Positions 39,401 through 52,539 of a stretch of DNA of 64,000 nt are shown piece by piece. This stretch comes from Macrostomum hystrix. Its lineage: Eukaryota > Animalia > Platyhelminthes. The stretch spans positions 20,212,001 through 20,276,000 of the forward strand of contig CATNEN010000038.1 of NCBI GenBank assembly GCA_950097015.1, in the 5' to 3' direction. Made by a program: the position numbers and the translations under genes. Each line of letters begins with the position of its first letter. Within the stretch, counting starts at the first letter, position 1. A model generated the notes under the pieces. The model was not told the DNA's origin, searched no databases, and saw only the letters and a program-made list of their open reading frames with translations.

Positions 39401-41770
39401 TATTAGATTAGCAGTTAGAATCATGTTCCGTAGATCTATTAGATTAGCATATGTAATCATGTTCCGTAGATCTATTAGATCAGCATATGTAATCATGTTC
39501 CGTAGATCTATTAGATTAGAATATGTAATCATGTTCCGTAGATCTATTAGATCAGCATATGTAATCATGTTCCGTAGATCTATTAGATTAGAATATGTAA
39601 TCATGTTCCGTAGATCTATTAGATTAGAATATGTAATATTGTTCCGTAGATCTACTAGATTAGCATATGTAATATTGTTCCGTAGATCTATTAGATTAGC
39701 ATATGTAATCATGTTCCGTAGATCTATTAGATTAGCATATGTAATCATGTTCCGTAGATCTATTAGATTAGCATGTCTAATCTTGTTACGCATGTTTATG
39801 CCTCTTTAATCCATTCTCCAGATCAGCAACGGCGAGGACATCTTCGAGGAGCTAAAGCACGAGACTGGGGCCCATCGGGTCCAGCGGGTGCCGCTAACTG
39901 GCGACGTGATTCACACCAGCACCGCCACAGTGTTTGTCATGCCAAAACCTGACGATTTGATTAACAACTTCCAACTAAATTCGGCAGATATTGAGACTCA
40001 GGTGTGAAATTTTCTCTAAGTTTGTTTTCAAGGATTCCCCCCTGCCTAAATTATGATTCTAACTTCACGCCTCCCTGTTGGAAGTCCTTTCGGGATTGAG
40101 TCATAATGCAACGACAATTAGAATTTCAACGAGCTGTAAAATAGCTATCAGCGTTAGTTGCGGCAGACCTCCCTCCCGTTCTTAGACTGAACAGCGATAC
40201 ACTGTAAATTTATGCGTCGCATTGCAGTGATTAGAGAGTCGGACTCATGACTTGAAGGTCGGGGGTTCGATTCCGGACTCCAGTGCTTTAATGTGTTTTT
40301 ACACATTTTCGGGCTTATAAGTTTCTTTGCATCAAACCCTTACTACCTCGTATAATTATTGTATTAAGTTCTTCTTGTGGAGAGTTTATTCGACTGACTT
40401 TAACACCCTTTCCAGCTTTTTGGGTTGCCCCTAACCTCCGTTCCAATCATAAGTGGGTTGCCCATAACCACCGTTCCAATCCTAAGTGGGTTACCCCTAA
40501 CCTCCGTTCCAATCCTAAGTGGGTTGCCTCTAACCTCCCATTCAATCCTCCGTGGGTTGCCTCTAACCTCCCATTCAATCCTCCGTAGGTTGCCTCTAAC
40601 CTCCCATTCAATCCTCCGTGGGTTGCCTCTAACCTCCCATTCAATCCTCCGTGGGTTGCCCTAACCTCCCATTCAATCCTCCGTGGGTTGCCTCTAACCT
40701 CCCATTCAATCCTCCGTGGGTTGCCCTAACCTCCCATTCAATCCTCCGTGGGTTGCCTCTAACCTCCCTTTCAATCCTCCGTGGTTTGCCTCTAACCTCC
40801 CTTTCAATTCTTCGTGGGTTGCCTCTAACCTCCCTTTCAATCCTCCGTGGGTTGCCTCTAACCTCCCTTTAAATTCTTCGTGGGTTGCCTCTAACCTCCC
40901 TTTCAATTCTTCGTGGGTTGCCCCTAACCTGCCAATTATTCAGTTACCCCCCAGCTGTTAAATTGGTACCAGCATTAGCTGCTACCTAATGGCTGCAGCT
41001 GTGCTGTCAGCTGCACATGTGGCCTAATTTGGGCAGGTGTAATCAATTATTATTAATATTATTAATGCAGTGCGTAAAGTCTGACTATTTTATGTATTTT
41101 GTATGTATTATGTATTATGTATTATGTATCTTTATTTTAAACGGCCTTTAAAGGAGACTGGTGCGGTTCGGAATTCAAAACCCGGAAAAACATTATTGTG
41201 GACCAAAAAACACATTTCAGGTATTCAGATCATCCGGGCCCGGCGGTCAGGGTGTTAACAAGCACAATTCGGCAGTGAGACTGGTGCACAAACCCACCGG
41301 CATTCGTGTGGAATGCCAAGCGGAGCGCACCCAGCACCAGAATCTCATACTGGCTAATCGACAGTTGCGCGAGAAAGTTTTGCGCCAAAAACTGGAGGCC
41401 CTAGCCGACGAAGAACGAGCGGCCCGAGTTGTTCAGGTGAGTCATTTTAATACTTAATTTAATTTAATTCAATTTAATTTACTACTTGCAGCAGTAGTAA
41501 GCGTTTTTTTCTCCTAATTGGAACTAAAAAGTTGCTGAAGCTACATTTAGAAATTCTAATATTCCAGAGCCAACGCGATCGATCGGATCGGATTCGAACC
41601 TACAACTACCAGCAGGGTCGCGTCACTGATCATCGCGCCCGACTGTCCATATCCGGCGATGTTCGCGCGTTCCTAGCCCAGCCCGGTCCTCAGCTTAGTG
41701 GCATTATTGAGGCGCTGCGCGAGCGCGAACAGATTGCCCAGCTGGAGCGGGTTCTGCAGCAGGACAGCTC

Positions 41771-41804
<34 letters not shown>

Positions 41805-41906
41805 AACAATGCTAACAATAATGTTGTTGATGCGAAAATCGTTCAAAAGCAAGGGCGTGCACTCGAGCAAAACATCTCCGATGTCAGAGAGAACTCTGCC
41901 GCATAA
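33456..41906 (+). CDS. MTRF1L: Mitochondrial class-1 peptide chain release factor (mtRF1a/MTRF1L-like), about 472 aa
   Basis: Exons 33456-33952, 39079-39265, 39822-40001, 41221-41436, 41568-41906 in frame. Motifs [50 protein letters not shown]; N-terminus resembles a mitochondrial targeting peptide. Confidence 0.88.
33968..39040 (+). repeat. 5-kb 19-bp minisatellite with higher-order duplications
   Basis: Unit tctgtgactgcctgtcat(g/c/t). A rare variant gacttcctgtc recurs at about 34501, 35344, 36123 and 36997. Confidence 0.97.
39330..39790 (+). repeat. 36-bp minisatellite
   Basis: Unit ttccgtagatctattagattagcatatgtaatcatg. Confidence 0.95.
40225..41060 (+). mobile_element. CORE-SINE split by a 33-bp minisatellite-containing insert
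   Basis: Head at 40225-40285 and CORE/tail at about 40938-41060. Confidence 0.7.
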
Positions 41907-43002
41907 AAATATGTTTTTTGCAGTTCCGTGTACTTTTGTGTAGTTTTTGCTCTAGAGCTGCCTGCCTACTTTGTCTACCAGTGAATTTTGTAAGTAAAAT
42001 AAACGAATAATCTGTGAAAGAAAACGCTTTGAGATTATACTAAAATTAGATTGTGTATTAAAAATTTTTTAAGTTTTTTTTATTTAATCAACTTATGACA
42101 GAATAATCCAAGTATAGAATTAGAAGCTATTATTCTACCCTAGACGCAGTTTCTGTATAAATTGAGAGATAAAAAACTGAAAAATTATATGTTCAGAATA
42201 TTAGATTCAAAATAGCTGGATTTCTTGTACATAAACAAATATTCATCGTCTTGAAAATACACCAAGCAAGTACATTAGTAGTGCATATATAACAGACATG
42301 AAAGATAAAAGACAAAAAACATATAAAACGCATTTTTACAATAAGCAGTGGATATTTTAGCGCAGGCAAGCAGCCTGTTAAGCCAATTCTTGAATTGTAT
42401 TATAACGACATATAACGTGCTAACAAACAATACGTTTGTCTATGCGTGCTTTAAATGTGCGTGCGTGTCGCCATCTTGATCATGAATTTTAATAAAATTA
42501 ATAAAAAAGCTGAAAGTATAATATAAACCATTCATATCCGAACGTAGTGATGAAATAATTAAGTACTTATTAAGAATTGAGAGCTAATTTAAAAGCAAAA
42601 CAATCAAAGAATATTGCATTTCAAGCAATAGTATTGCTTACTGAATGCCTCTAAAGTTATGAACGGTCTACTCGTTTATAAGTCGTCATTCATTCTATGA
42701 AATAATACTCGCAAATTCAAATCTCAAACGTGCACGAATTTTTTAATAAAGACACTGAAGTTGCTTTAACCGTCTCGATATCTTGTGTTGCTCGTGTCGT
42801 GTTCTTGTTTTGTTGGTTGTGCAATCGCTTAATACTAGTTTAAATAGTCAATTCTTGCATAATCAATCTTACATACGCTGTTGGTAGTTCAATTTTTATC
42901 ACTGCTCTTTGTTCCTGTGTTAGCTACTAATACTGTGTTAGCTACACTCTATAGGACTAGGCTAGCAAAACGAGCTTAGCTAGACCTATCGTTTGGTTAA
43001 GC

Positions 43003-46000
43003 ATGGATGATGAAACTATAGTTGAGGAATACTTTCGCCTCAAAGAAAAGTCGAACGAAAAGTTTCTTCAGATCGGGTAAGACGAAGAATATTATTTTTC
43101 TGCATTTAGATTTTCAGCTGAAGACAACATACATGGCTAAAGTAAACTTATATCCCAGAGCCACATGTAAAGACAAAAAACAGCTTAATTTCTAATACAT
43201 ATAAAACGAGTTAAATAGTCAACATCTTTTTTATTTTTTAAACCAAATATGTTGTATGGACAAGTTTAGAATTAGTATGATGGCTATGGCATAGCCTATA
43301 GGCCCTCTAGAATCCCACTGGGAACCAACTTAACCATTTTAATTTGTAAGGTCAGTGTTTAAATGATTCTGATAGTGATACTAATTCCAATAGTTTTACA
43401 AACAAAATTTATACTTATTGGCCTATTGTCAATAATTAGTAGTATTGATATGAATTTGACTAATATTTGCTATCTCTGCCAGGTCAAAGTTGGTGCAAAG
43501 GCTAGTTTTGGATTATTTTTCACATATTTTACGCCAATTTCACCAACTTTGTGCAATATTTCTCTTAAAGTTTTAAATCTATTTTTCACACATTTACACC
43601 AAATTTTCACTTTGTTTGTTATTAATATTATTTATGGCAAGTAAAATGAAACTAAATACTCATCTGTGCAGCATGCACTATAGCATGTGTAACAAAGTGT
43701 GCCTATGCTCTCCCTCTGTATAAGCAACAGCTGTGGCAGAATTCTGAAAGCTTTACCTTGCCCATTGCCTAAAACAAAAGTGTTGGGATATAACTTTAGT
43801 TTGTAGGCCTAATAAATGTACTAAATAAAACTGAATGCATTCATGGTGATAGATTTGTACATCCATTAAATTTAGTATTTTATTATTCAAAACAAAGCAA
43901 TAAATTAAAAGTTTTTGTTTTATGTTAGGTATGCAAGAAAAAGTTATGTTTTGATTAAACTTCTAAATAATTTTATGTTAAATTCAGTTTAATGGCCACA
44001 ATTGCTAATAAGAAAAGTCACATAAATGATGGTCTGGTTCTCTCAAGTGATTGTAGGTAGAAAACGGGCCATTCTTCAATGAGGCCCTTCCCCATAGTTA
44101 AAAATATTTGCTATAATTAAAAATCAAGTTTTTTCTAGGAAATGTTAGTGAGCCACCCATAAAATGAGTCCAATTTTCAACAATTGCCTGACAAAAGTAG
44201 TTAAAAACCTGCAAATTAAAATTTTGATTTTAACCATTTTGGTCTGAATCTGTTAAAGTCAAAAAAATTGTAACAAATTCTTAGATTTTTGTGCTAATTT
44301 TGGTTGGTTGATTGGCTGTTAAATATTTGAGTTGATTTCTAGCAGGATATGTACCTATGTTGTCATGGGTATATATAGATAAATTTACAGTATTGGTGCA
44401 GTGTGAACAAAATTCATATTAATTTTAGTTGCCAATTTTGACAAACTGCTGTATAATAAGTTGGCCATTATTGGCTTGGATAAGTAGCATGATTGGCATG
44501 AGTAAGCACAGGGATTAGTGATCATAGATAAGCACTGCCTTAGAAAATGATATTGGTGAAATAATATAAACAATAATTAAACATTTAAGTTCATGTTTTA
44601 TGTTAGCTGTCTTGAAGAAACTTCACTGTTGCAATAAATATAAAAGGAATTTTTTTCAATTTAATTTTTTATATTACTATTTATTTTAATAGTAAAGTTA
44701 GGCTTTTATAGTTTCAGAAATTTCAATGCTAATTACCTTAATGATGCATTGTATATTCTGTTTTTATACTTTCTCCAACATATGATGGATTAACTGTATT
44801 TTAATGCATAGTGCAAATATTGAGACTAAAATATTTCTTGTAACGCCTGCTAGGAACCTGCCAAGAAGTGGCTATCGAAAATGGCAGCCCTACTTTGATC
44901 GCGCCTTCGCTGTATTCACCGAGCTTTGGCGCTTCCAACAGCAGCACAGGGAGATTCTTAGCGACCAACAGGTGTTGAAGCGGCATCACATTGGCGAGAT
45001 TGCGTCCAAGATTGGACAGTTGTACTATCAGTACTACCTGAGAACTAGCAATACAGCATATTTGACCGAGACCTACTGCTTCTATTATGCTATTCGTTGT
45101 CGAGGCTACTACAACAATGCTAAAGCAGAGAAGCGGTAAATACTTCTACCTTTGTTAGTGTGGTAGATAAAGTGGGTGTAAAGCACATAGGCCTAACTCC
45201 TCCTTCGGAGGAAATCTGATATGAAGAAATATATTTTCAGCAATCTATCTACGCCGGAACTCTGAGATAAGCATGATGTCATGAAAGCATCCCTTATTGA
45301 AATCTCCCTACACCCCCTCAGACCCGACTACATGGTGAAGAAGCTGCGCTATCTATGCCGCTTCATCCTCGTCTGCCTAGTGCTTGAGAATGGCAAGCTG
45401 GCCTCCGAGCTCATGCAGGACCTCAGCCGCGACATCGCCGACTACGAGGCCACTTATCAGCCGTTCGACGCCGCCTGGTGGGCTCGAGTCGCCGACGAAA
45501 TACGGGCCATGCTGCGGGCCTCGCAACCATTGGGCCTGCTGGACTCTGACGGTCGGCAGCTGTTTCTAAAGCGTCGCCTATCGCCGGACACTAATCCGCC
45601 GCTGGCTGATTTTCTGGCTCTGCGCTCGGCTGCGCCAATGTCAGCGCCTTTGCGTCTGGCCGACGTCCTGATTGTCGGCGGCTGCGCTGACCAAGCCAAA
45701 TTCAGCGAACTGTCCGTTGACATGCTGCGAATGTCGCTTGCGCTGGAGAGACAGCCGCCTGTCAGACCCGACCCTGCTGGTCTCGGCGACAATCCCGGAT
45801 CGCGACAGGTAAGAATGTCTGTTCTGTAAAACTAATACTAGGTCTAGTGTAGTTATACCTGTTTTAGTGTAGGTAAACCTGTATTAGTGTAGAGGTTTGT
45901 GTTCTAGTGTTGGGATGCCTGGTTAGATACTAGGCTATACTACGCTCGTATCTCTAGGTTATTAGAGGTTGTAGCCTTGTGGTTAGCGCGGCGGACTCAC

Positions 46001-49000
46001 GACTTGAAGGTCGGGGGTTCGATTCCTGACTCCAGTGCAAAAATTTGTGTCTTATCAAGACACTTGACTCTGCACTGCTTCAGTTCACCCAGCTGTTTAA
46101 TGGGTACCAGCATTAGCTGGGAATTGAGTGTGGGTGTGGCGTCCTCCCAGTCCATGGACTGAACCGCCGTATGTAGCCTTCAAATTCGCCACACAAAATC
46201 TGCTACTGTGCTGTGCTGTTGGATATATACTATACTGCATCTGACCCAATTGGGTAAGGTGTAATCAATTATTACTTGTATTATTAACCTGTTATACTGC
46301 AAAGTTTCAGTTTAAAGACACCTGTTCTAATGTGCTATCTATCTATACTATGCTATGATCTCTAATCTTTGTGTCTCGCGAATCTATCAGGGCGCCCACA
46401 GTCCGGAGCCGGGCGTGTCAGAGTCGCAGAATCCGCACAAGTACCTGCTCTACCGGCCCAGCCTAGCCGAGATCATCTTCTCTCTGAATTCAACTTTCAA
46501 TGATCTGCCAGATGATGGCGTTGTGCTGGTGTACTTTAGCGCTGACGGACGGCGCTGTCCGCAGCGCGGAAAAAAAGAGGACTGTAGGTCGATCGCCTTG
46601 TGTTGAAATATTTCTATAGTTATCGATTTATTTATGTGTTGCGTGTAATTTTACAATCATCTGGAACTCAGAAACTAGCTAAAGGAAATAGTTTATATTT
46701 CTGCTTGTAATTTGATACCTTCCCCGTCATATTTTCGCACCTTTGTTTCCACCTGATGGCTCGATAATTAATTTGCCGTCATTTTGTTACATTTCCTTAG
46801 CAATAGCAGTTGTAATGTGGTCAATAAATAGGCTAGACTCAATTCGCCGAAAACATCATAAGAATGTTTATCAACTTTTCCCCCGTTGCCATAGCAACTG
46901 GTTACAAAGACGGCGGCCTGGCTGTGCAACGGAGCCGGGAATCGGATAGGCCGATCGGAATTAAGCCTAGCGACGGCCGACGGCTGGCAACCGCCGGTGC
47001 TGTTGTCAGGGACAGTCGCTGGTTAGTTACTTATTACTATGTTTCATCTAATTCTTAACCTAACTATTTGTTGCGGCTTTGGCAATATAACTTTGCCAAA
47101 ATTATTTAATTCTTTTTTAGTTTCTATCCGGGCGACATGTACTGTTTCACGCGCAAGCCAATCTTTCTTATTGTGGACTCAGATAATAGCACGGCTTTTA
47201 GGGTGAGTAGCATAATAACTATCCTGCATTGACTAGCCTTAGCTATCCGAATAATTATTGGCATGTAAATCTAAATTCTAATTCGTTATTTTTTTTCAGA
47301 AATTTCCTAATTTATTCAACGAGCCCCTGTGTTGCCTGATGTCGCCTGAGCAAATACCAAGCTCTGTCTGCTCTGGTAAGCATGACTAAGAAATGTTGAT
47401 TGCAATAATTTGATTTTCGTGTAAATTATATTAGTTTTAGATTCTTAATCTAACATTTAGGATTGTGAGAAGGGATTAGTAATAGGTCCATAATTTGACT
47501 CTGCGATTCTAAGAAAAGATAAGTGACAGTTCTATGATCATACACTTGGGATTCTAGGAAAGGATTAGTGGCACATTTATAATCAGACACTTGGGATTCT
47601 AGGAAAGGATTAGTGGCAGATTTATAATTAGACACTTGGGATTCTAGGAAAGGATTAGTGGCACATTTATAATCAGACACTTGGGATTCTAAGAAAGGAT
47701 AAGTGTCAAATTTATAATCAGACACTTGGGATTCTAAGAAAGGATAAGTGTCAAATTTATAATTAGACACTTGGGATTCTAAGAAAGGATTAGTGGTAGA
47801 TTTATAATTAGACACTTGGGATTCTAGGAAAGGATTAGTGGCAGATTTATAATCAGACACTTGGGATTCTAAGAAAGGATTAGTGGCAGATTTATAATTA
47901 GACACTTGGGATTCTAGGAAAGGATTAGTGGCAGATTTATAATCAGACACTTGGGATTCTAGGAAAGGATTAGTGGCAGATTTATAATTAGACACTTGGG
48001 ATTCTAGGAAAGGATTAGTGGCAGATCGATAATCAGACACTTTAAATTCTTGGAAAGGATGAATGGCAGATCCATAATCAGACACTTGGGATTCTAGGAA
48101 AAGATTCGTGAACAATCAGAAAATCAGACTCTCGGGGTTCTTGGAAAGGATTAGTGACCAATCAGAAATCAGACTCTTGGGGTTCTTGGAAAGGATTAGT
48201 GACCAATCAGACAATCGGGATTCTAGAAATGGATTAGTTGCAGATCCCTGACGGGAAGTTATCCCGAAATGATAAATATTTTATAAGATCTGATATATAA
48301 TTTAGTTATATAGACTAGCTGCGTGTCCCCTTGGAACTCAACCCGCAGACGGTCGTCAAAGCGGCAGTCTGTTCACTCTGTTCCTTCACTGCCCGCTATC
48401 TGGCATGGCTCGCCTATGCGGCGCCGCCTCGGTTCAGCTGCCAGTCTGGGAGCGCGGCCTAATCCTAATGGACCGCTGCCTAGCCGAGGCTGGCCGACTG
48501 CTGCTTCAGCACAAGGAGGTCGACCCCTGCTATCAGCTGTTCTTTCGCGACGATTTCCTGCGAGCCCTGCTGCTTCGATTCCTATTCTGCTGCGCCGCCC
48601 TTCGACTGCACCGCGACTTCCAGCCGCCCCGGTGCTATCCGTCAGCTCACCCGGCACTGCCTGAGGATCTGCTTGATGTGGACTCTGTGCAGGCCAGGGT
48701 GCTCGATCTGGCCGGCCTGTTTGAGGCCAGGGATCTCTTTTGCGAAGCTGGTGAGTGCGACGACTACTATAGTACGGTTGGACTGTAGCTACGTGTGTAG
48801 AATCGAAGCTGGAATCGTTTGCTAGAATCGAAGCAGGAGTTGTAGCTAGAAAAAAGCATATTTTTGTTAGAATCAAAGCAGAATTTTTTGCTAGAATCGA
48901 AACAGGAGTTCAGCTAGAATCGAAGCGGGAGTTGTAGCAGAATTGAAACAGAAACTTTAGTTAGAATCGAAGGAGTTGTAGCAGAATCAAAGCAGGAGTT

Positions 49001-49654
49001 GAGCTAGTATCGAAGAAAAGAATTGTAGCTAGAATCGAAGCTGGAGTTGTTGGTAGAATAGAATCAGGAGTTGTAGCAGAATCAAAGCAGGAGTTGAGCT
49101 AGTATCGAAGAAAAGAATTGTAGCTAGAATCGAAGCTGGAGTTGTTGGTAGAATAGAATCAGGAGTTTAGCTAGAATCGCAGCAGAAATTGTAGCTAGAA
49201 TCGAAGCAGGCTTTGTAGCTAGAATCGAAGCTGGAGTTGTTGGTAGAATAGAATCAGGAGTTTAGCTAGAATCGCAGCAGAAATTGTAGCTAGAATCGAA
49301 GCAGGCCTTATAGCTAGAATCGAAACAGGAGTTGTAGCCAGAATCGAAGCAAGTGTTCTAGCAGAATCGAAGCAAGTGTTCTAGCAGAATCGAAACAGGA
49401 GTTGTAGCCAGAATCGAAGCAAGTGTTCTAGCAGAATCGAAACAGGAGTTGTAGCCAGAATCGAAGCAAGTGTTCTAGCAGAATCGAAGCAAGATTTCTA
49501 GCAGAATCGAAGCAGGAGTGGTAGCTAGAATCGAAGGAAGAATTGTAGCTGGAATGTAGGAGTTTAGGATCAATCGTAACCGGAAACTAAATTTAGATTA
49601 TAATATTCACTAAAAATATTGCTCACAATTTCAGCTGACTACTCCAGAGATTGA
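43003..49654 (+). CDS. SCAI: Protein SCAI (suppressor of cancer cell invasion) homolog, about 580 aa, 9 exons
   Basis: Exons 43003-43076, 44854-45135, 45322-45808, 46391-46583, 46895-47021, 47121-47202, 47300-47375, 48349-48750, 49635-49654 total 1743 nt. Motifs LWRFQQQHR, IGEIASKIGQLYYQYYLRTS, KKLRY, KFSELSVDM, NPHKYLLYRP. The last micro-exon is less certain; the alternative is read-through to a stop at 48788. Confidence 0.9.
45966..46285 (+). mobile_element. CORE-SINE copy in a SCAI intron
   Basis: Colinear with the 59937-60235 copy over head, CORE and tail. Confidence 0.85.
47500..48245 (+). repeat. 45-bp minisatellite
   Basis: Unit gacacttgggattctaggaaaggattagtggcagatttataatca. Confidence 0.94.
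48790..49560 (+). repeat. About 24-bp minisatellite
   Basis: Unit gctagaatcgaagcaggagttgta. Confidence 0.92.
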
Positions 49655-50557
49655 GTCTTAGCCTGGAGCAAGTTGTTCTCTCTCCTCGTACGGGATTGAC
49701 AACCATTTTTGTGGCTGAAATGAACCTGAATTCTATACTTGTAACTATTCTGTTCTTACTTACTAGTATGATAAAATTGCTATAATTAGTTGCATTTTCG
49801 GACCAAGTTTGTGCTAAATAATATTTACTAAACTTATTTTTTAACTCGTATTTTGCTTGTTGTGACGCTATTAAAACCGTATTTTCTCAAGCTGTCATTT
49901 TATAAGCCCGTCATTTATTATTTTATCTCGTTTGTTATCTATACTGCAATTATAACCCTTATTATAAAGCATTTACATTTTTCGCGTTTGTTATCTACGC
50001 TTTACTACTAATTAGTAGACTGCAATTGTAAGTAGCATATTTGTGTTTCGATTTTTATTATTGCAAGTCACATCCCGGATTTTCGTTGCTTTCAAAGCAG
50101 TTTTTTCTACTAATTTAATTATTATTTTCGTATTAGCGTTTCATATTTGGTATTAAAAATTATTTTTTCACTAACTACAAACTTTCCACTTTTACTTAAG
50201 TTATTTTCTTTTAATAAAAAATGTTCATCAAGTCGTGAATTTGACTGCGCAACAAATTGCCCTTCAAGTCGTATTAGTCAATTACCAAGACTTTCTTTTT
50301 TGAAAAATTCGTTATACTTTTATTTTGTCCGTGGACTGAGAATTACTCACCAAATTCTCCCCCATCTGATGGTGGAACCCATTCTGCAGTTGGATTAAAA
50401 TGATAAACTTTGCTTCCCTATGGCTTGGATTCGAACTCCCGACCTCTCTACCTGAATCTCGAAGCACTAACTCACTAGGCTAAAATTTACAATTTTTAAC
50501 GACTCAAAGTGAGTCGGCAATATTAAAACAAAATGTAATCTTCATTTCAGCTAGAGA

Positions 50558-51575
50558 ATGCCGGACACATCAGCAGCAGCTGCCACAGCAACAGCAGGGG
50601 CTCCCGCGTCTTCTGCAGCCCCCGGAAATTCTACTTCCGGCGGGCATCGGGCCCGCAGCGACTCGTCATCCGCGTCGTCCCCTGCCGCCGCTGCCAACTC
50701 TGCTGCTGCTGCTGCTGCTGCTGCTGCTCGCTCTCGCAGTCGGAAATCTTCGTCTAGCGACGGTGGCAGCGGCGATCGGGGTCGCAAGAAGAATCGACAC
50801 TCGTCCCGGTCTTCCTCGGCTTCGTCGTCGAAGTCTGGCGGTTCAGCTGGTGCCGGGAAAACCAAAAACAAACCCGGGAGGAAAAGCAGAAGCAAGTCCA
50901 GATCTTCGTCGACCTCATCCTGCTCGTCTTCGTCATCTGGGACCAGCTCCTCTGATTCGTCATCGTCCAGCAGCTCAACATCCAGCAGCGCAGCGTCGTC
51001 TTCGGCGGCTTCGCCAACCGGGAATCATAAACGACGCAGGAAGGCATCCTCGCCAGCTTCGACATCGCCTGCTAGACCTTCAAAGGTTTGTTTTACATAT
51101 TCGTGCTTTGAGACTGCGGAGTCTCAGGATGAGACTGAAACACTGACATCTCAAGGGTGAAATTGAAACACAAGAATCTCAGGGATGAGATTGAAATCTA
51201 TAATCTAAGGGGTGAGACTTTCACACTGGTATCACAGGGGTGAGACTGACACACTGTTATCTTACCTGTCCGCAGGTCCGAGTCACTCGCCTAACTCGCA
51301 ACGTGGCTCGGGCCCACCTCGAAGAGATCTTCGGCATGTACGGCGCCCTGCGTCGCGTTGAACTGCCGCCAGACAGGCAACACTCGGAGCTGACCAGAGG
51401 CTTCGCAATCATCGAATTTGAATCGCCCGGCGACGCCTCGGACGCCGTCAGGCACATGGACGGCGGTCAGATCGACGGTCAGGAGATCGAGGCCCGACTG
51501 ATGCAGCCGGAGGTCAGGCCGTCGGCGTCCGGACGACGACGAGGAGGCGCGGCGCCCGCCAGTCGCAGGAGATGA
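50558..51575 (+). CDS. RNPS1: RNA-binding protein with serine-rich domain 1 (S-rich region + RRM), about 275 aa
   Basis: Exons 50558-51085 and 51276-51575. RRM KVRVTRLTRNVARAHLEEIF...HMDGGQIDGQEI matches the RNPS1 signature. Confidence 0.88.
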
Positions 51576-52539
51576 CTGCGGAGCCTGGAGTTGATCGCCA
51601 ATCTGGTTGGGACATTTGTTAATTGTCAGGCTATTATAGTCCATTGATCAGTGTCTGCTTGTTCTATGTTCTATGTCTATGTTTATTATTATAGTCTTTG
51701 TTTAACAGTACAAAGACCACAGGGTATTTCAAATCCTCACATTATTTTTCCTCTATAAATATTCAACCAATCGCCATGAAAGTCCAGAACCAGAACATTA
51801 TCCGTTCTAACCGATGAAACAACTTCAACATCGTCGAGATATTCAACGATCCTCGTCGGAGTGTCTGGTGGCAAAGAACCCACAATATTGTCAAAATATT
51901 CTGCTCACAAAGTTTCATCATGCAATCATGTCGACGATGCTGACTCGGAGCCGGATGGCTGGCTTTGAAAGTTGTTTGATCGTAAAGGTTGGAAAACTTT
52001 GATCCATATGGTGGACTTTCATGAAAATGGGTCATTCGGTTTCGGGAGCTATTGTGAAGTAGGCATTGGGTATTTGAAATCCTCCCATTGTCAACAAATA
52101 TTGCTATTGTCTCTAGTAGCTAAATCAATTTATGATGTATGGGTTTCGCAGCATTACAGTGGTCATTGTGAAAGCATTATGAATAAAACTATAATATAAT
52201 ATAATTTGCGGCTGTAAATATGTCCCTTGTTTACATTTAATCTGATAAAAAACAACTAGTTAGTTATGTTTGGATTAATTGTCTTTTTAATTCCCAATTT
52301 AGGGCTACGTTTAAAATAGTCGAAAACTTTAAAATATTTTTTCCTCTCATCTCCGTGTCAAAACTGTGCATGCAGGACTCAATACAAGCGACGATTTTTA
52401 AGATCTAGTTTGAGTTAGTCTTGGGCCGCAAACATTTGCTGAGCATGCTGCGGCACCAGGTTAACAGCAGCGTCCGCTTCGGAGCACAGCCTCTTATGAG
52501 ATTAACATACTGATACTGCTACTAGTAGTATTTTGTGGT

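Noticed and set aside
45966-46040. tRNA genes (also near 6580, 40240, 50420, 60170, 60300)
   Set aside because: A/B boxes run directly into a shared SINE body, and acceptor stems are not convincing.
47450-48115. Repetitive ORFs (also 39308-39809, 55921-56343, 57017-57436, 62506-62975, 14883-15663)
   Set aside because: Minisatellite read-through inside introns or intergenic DNA.
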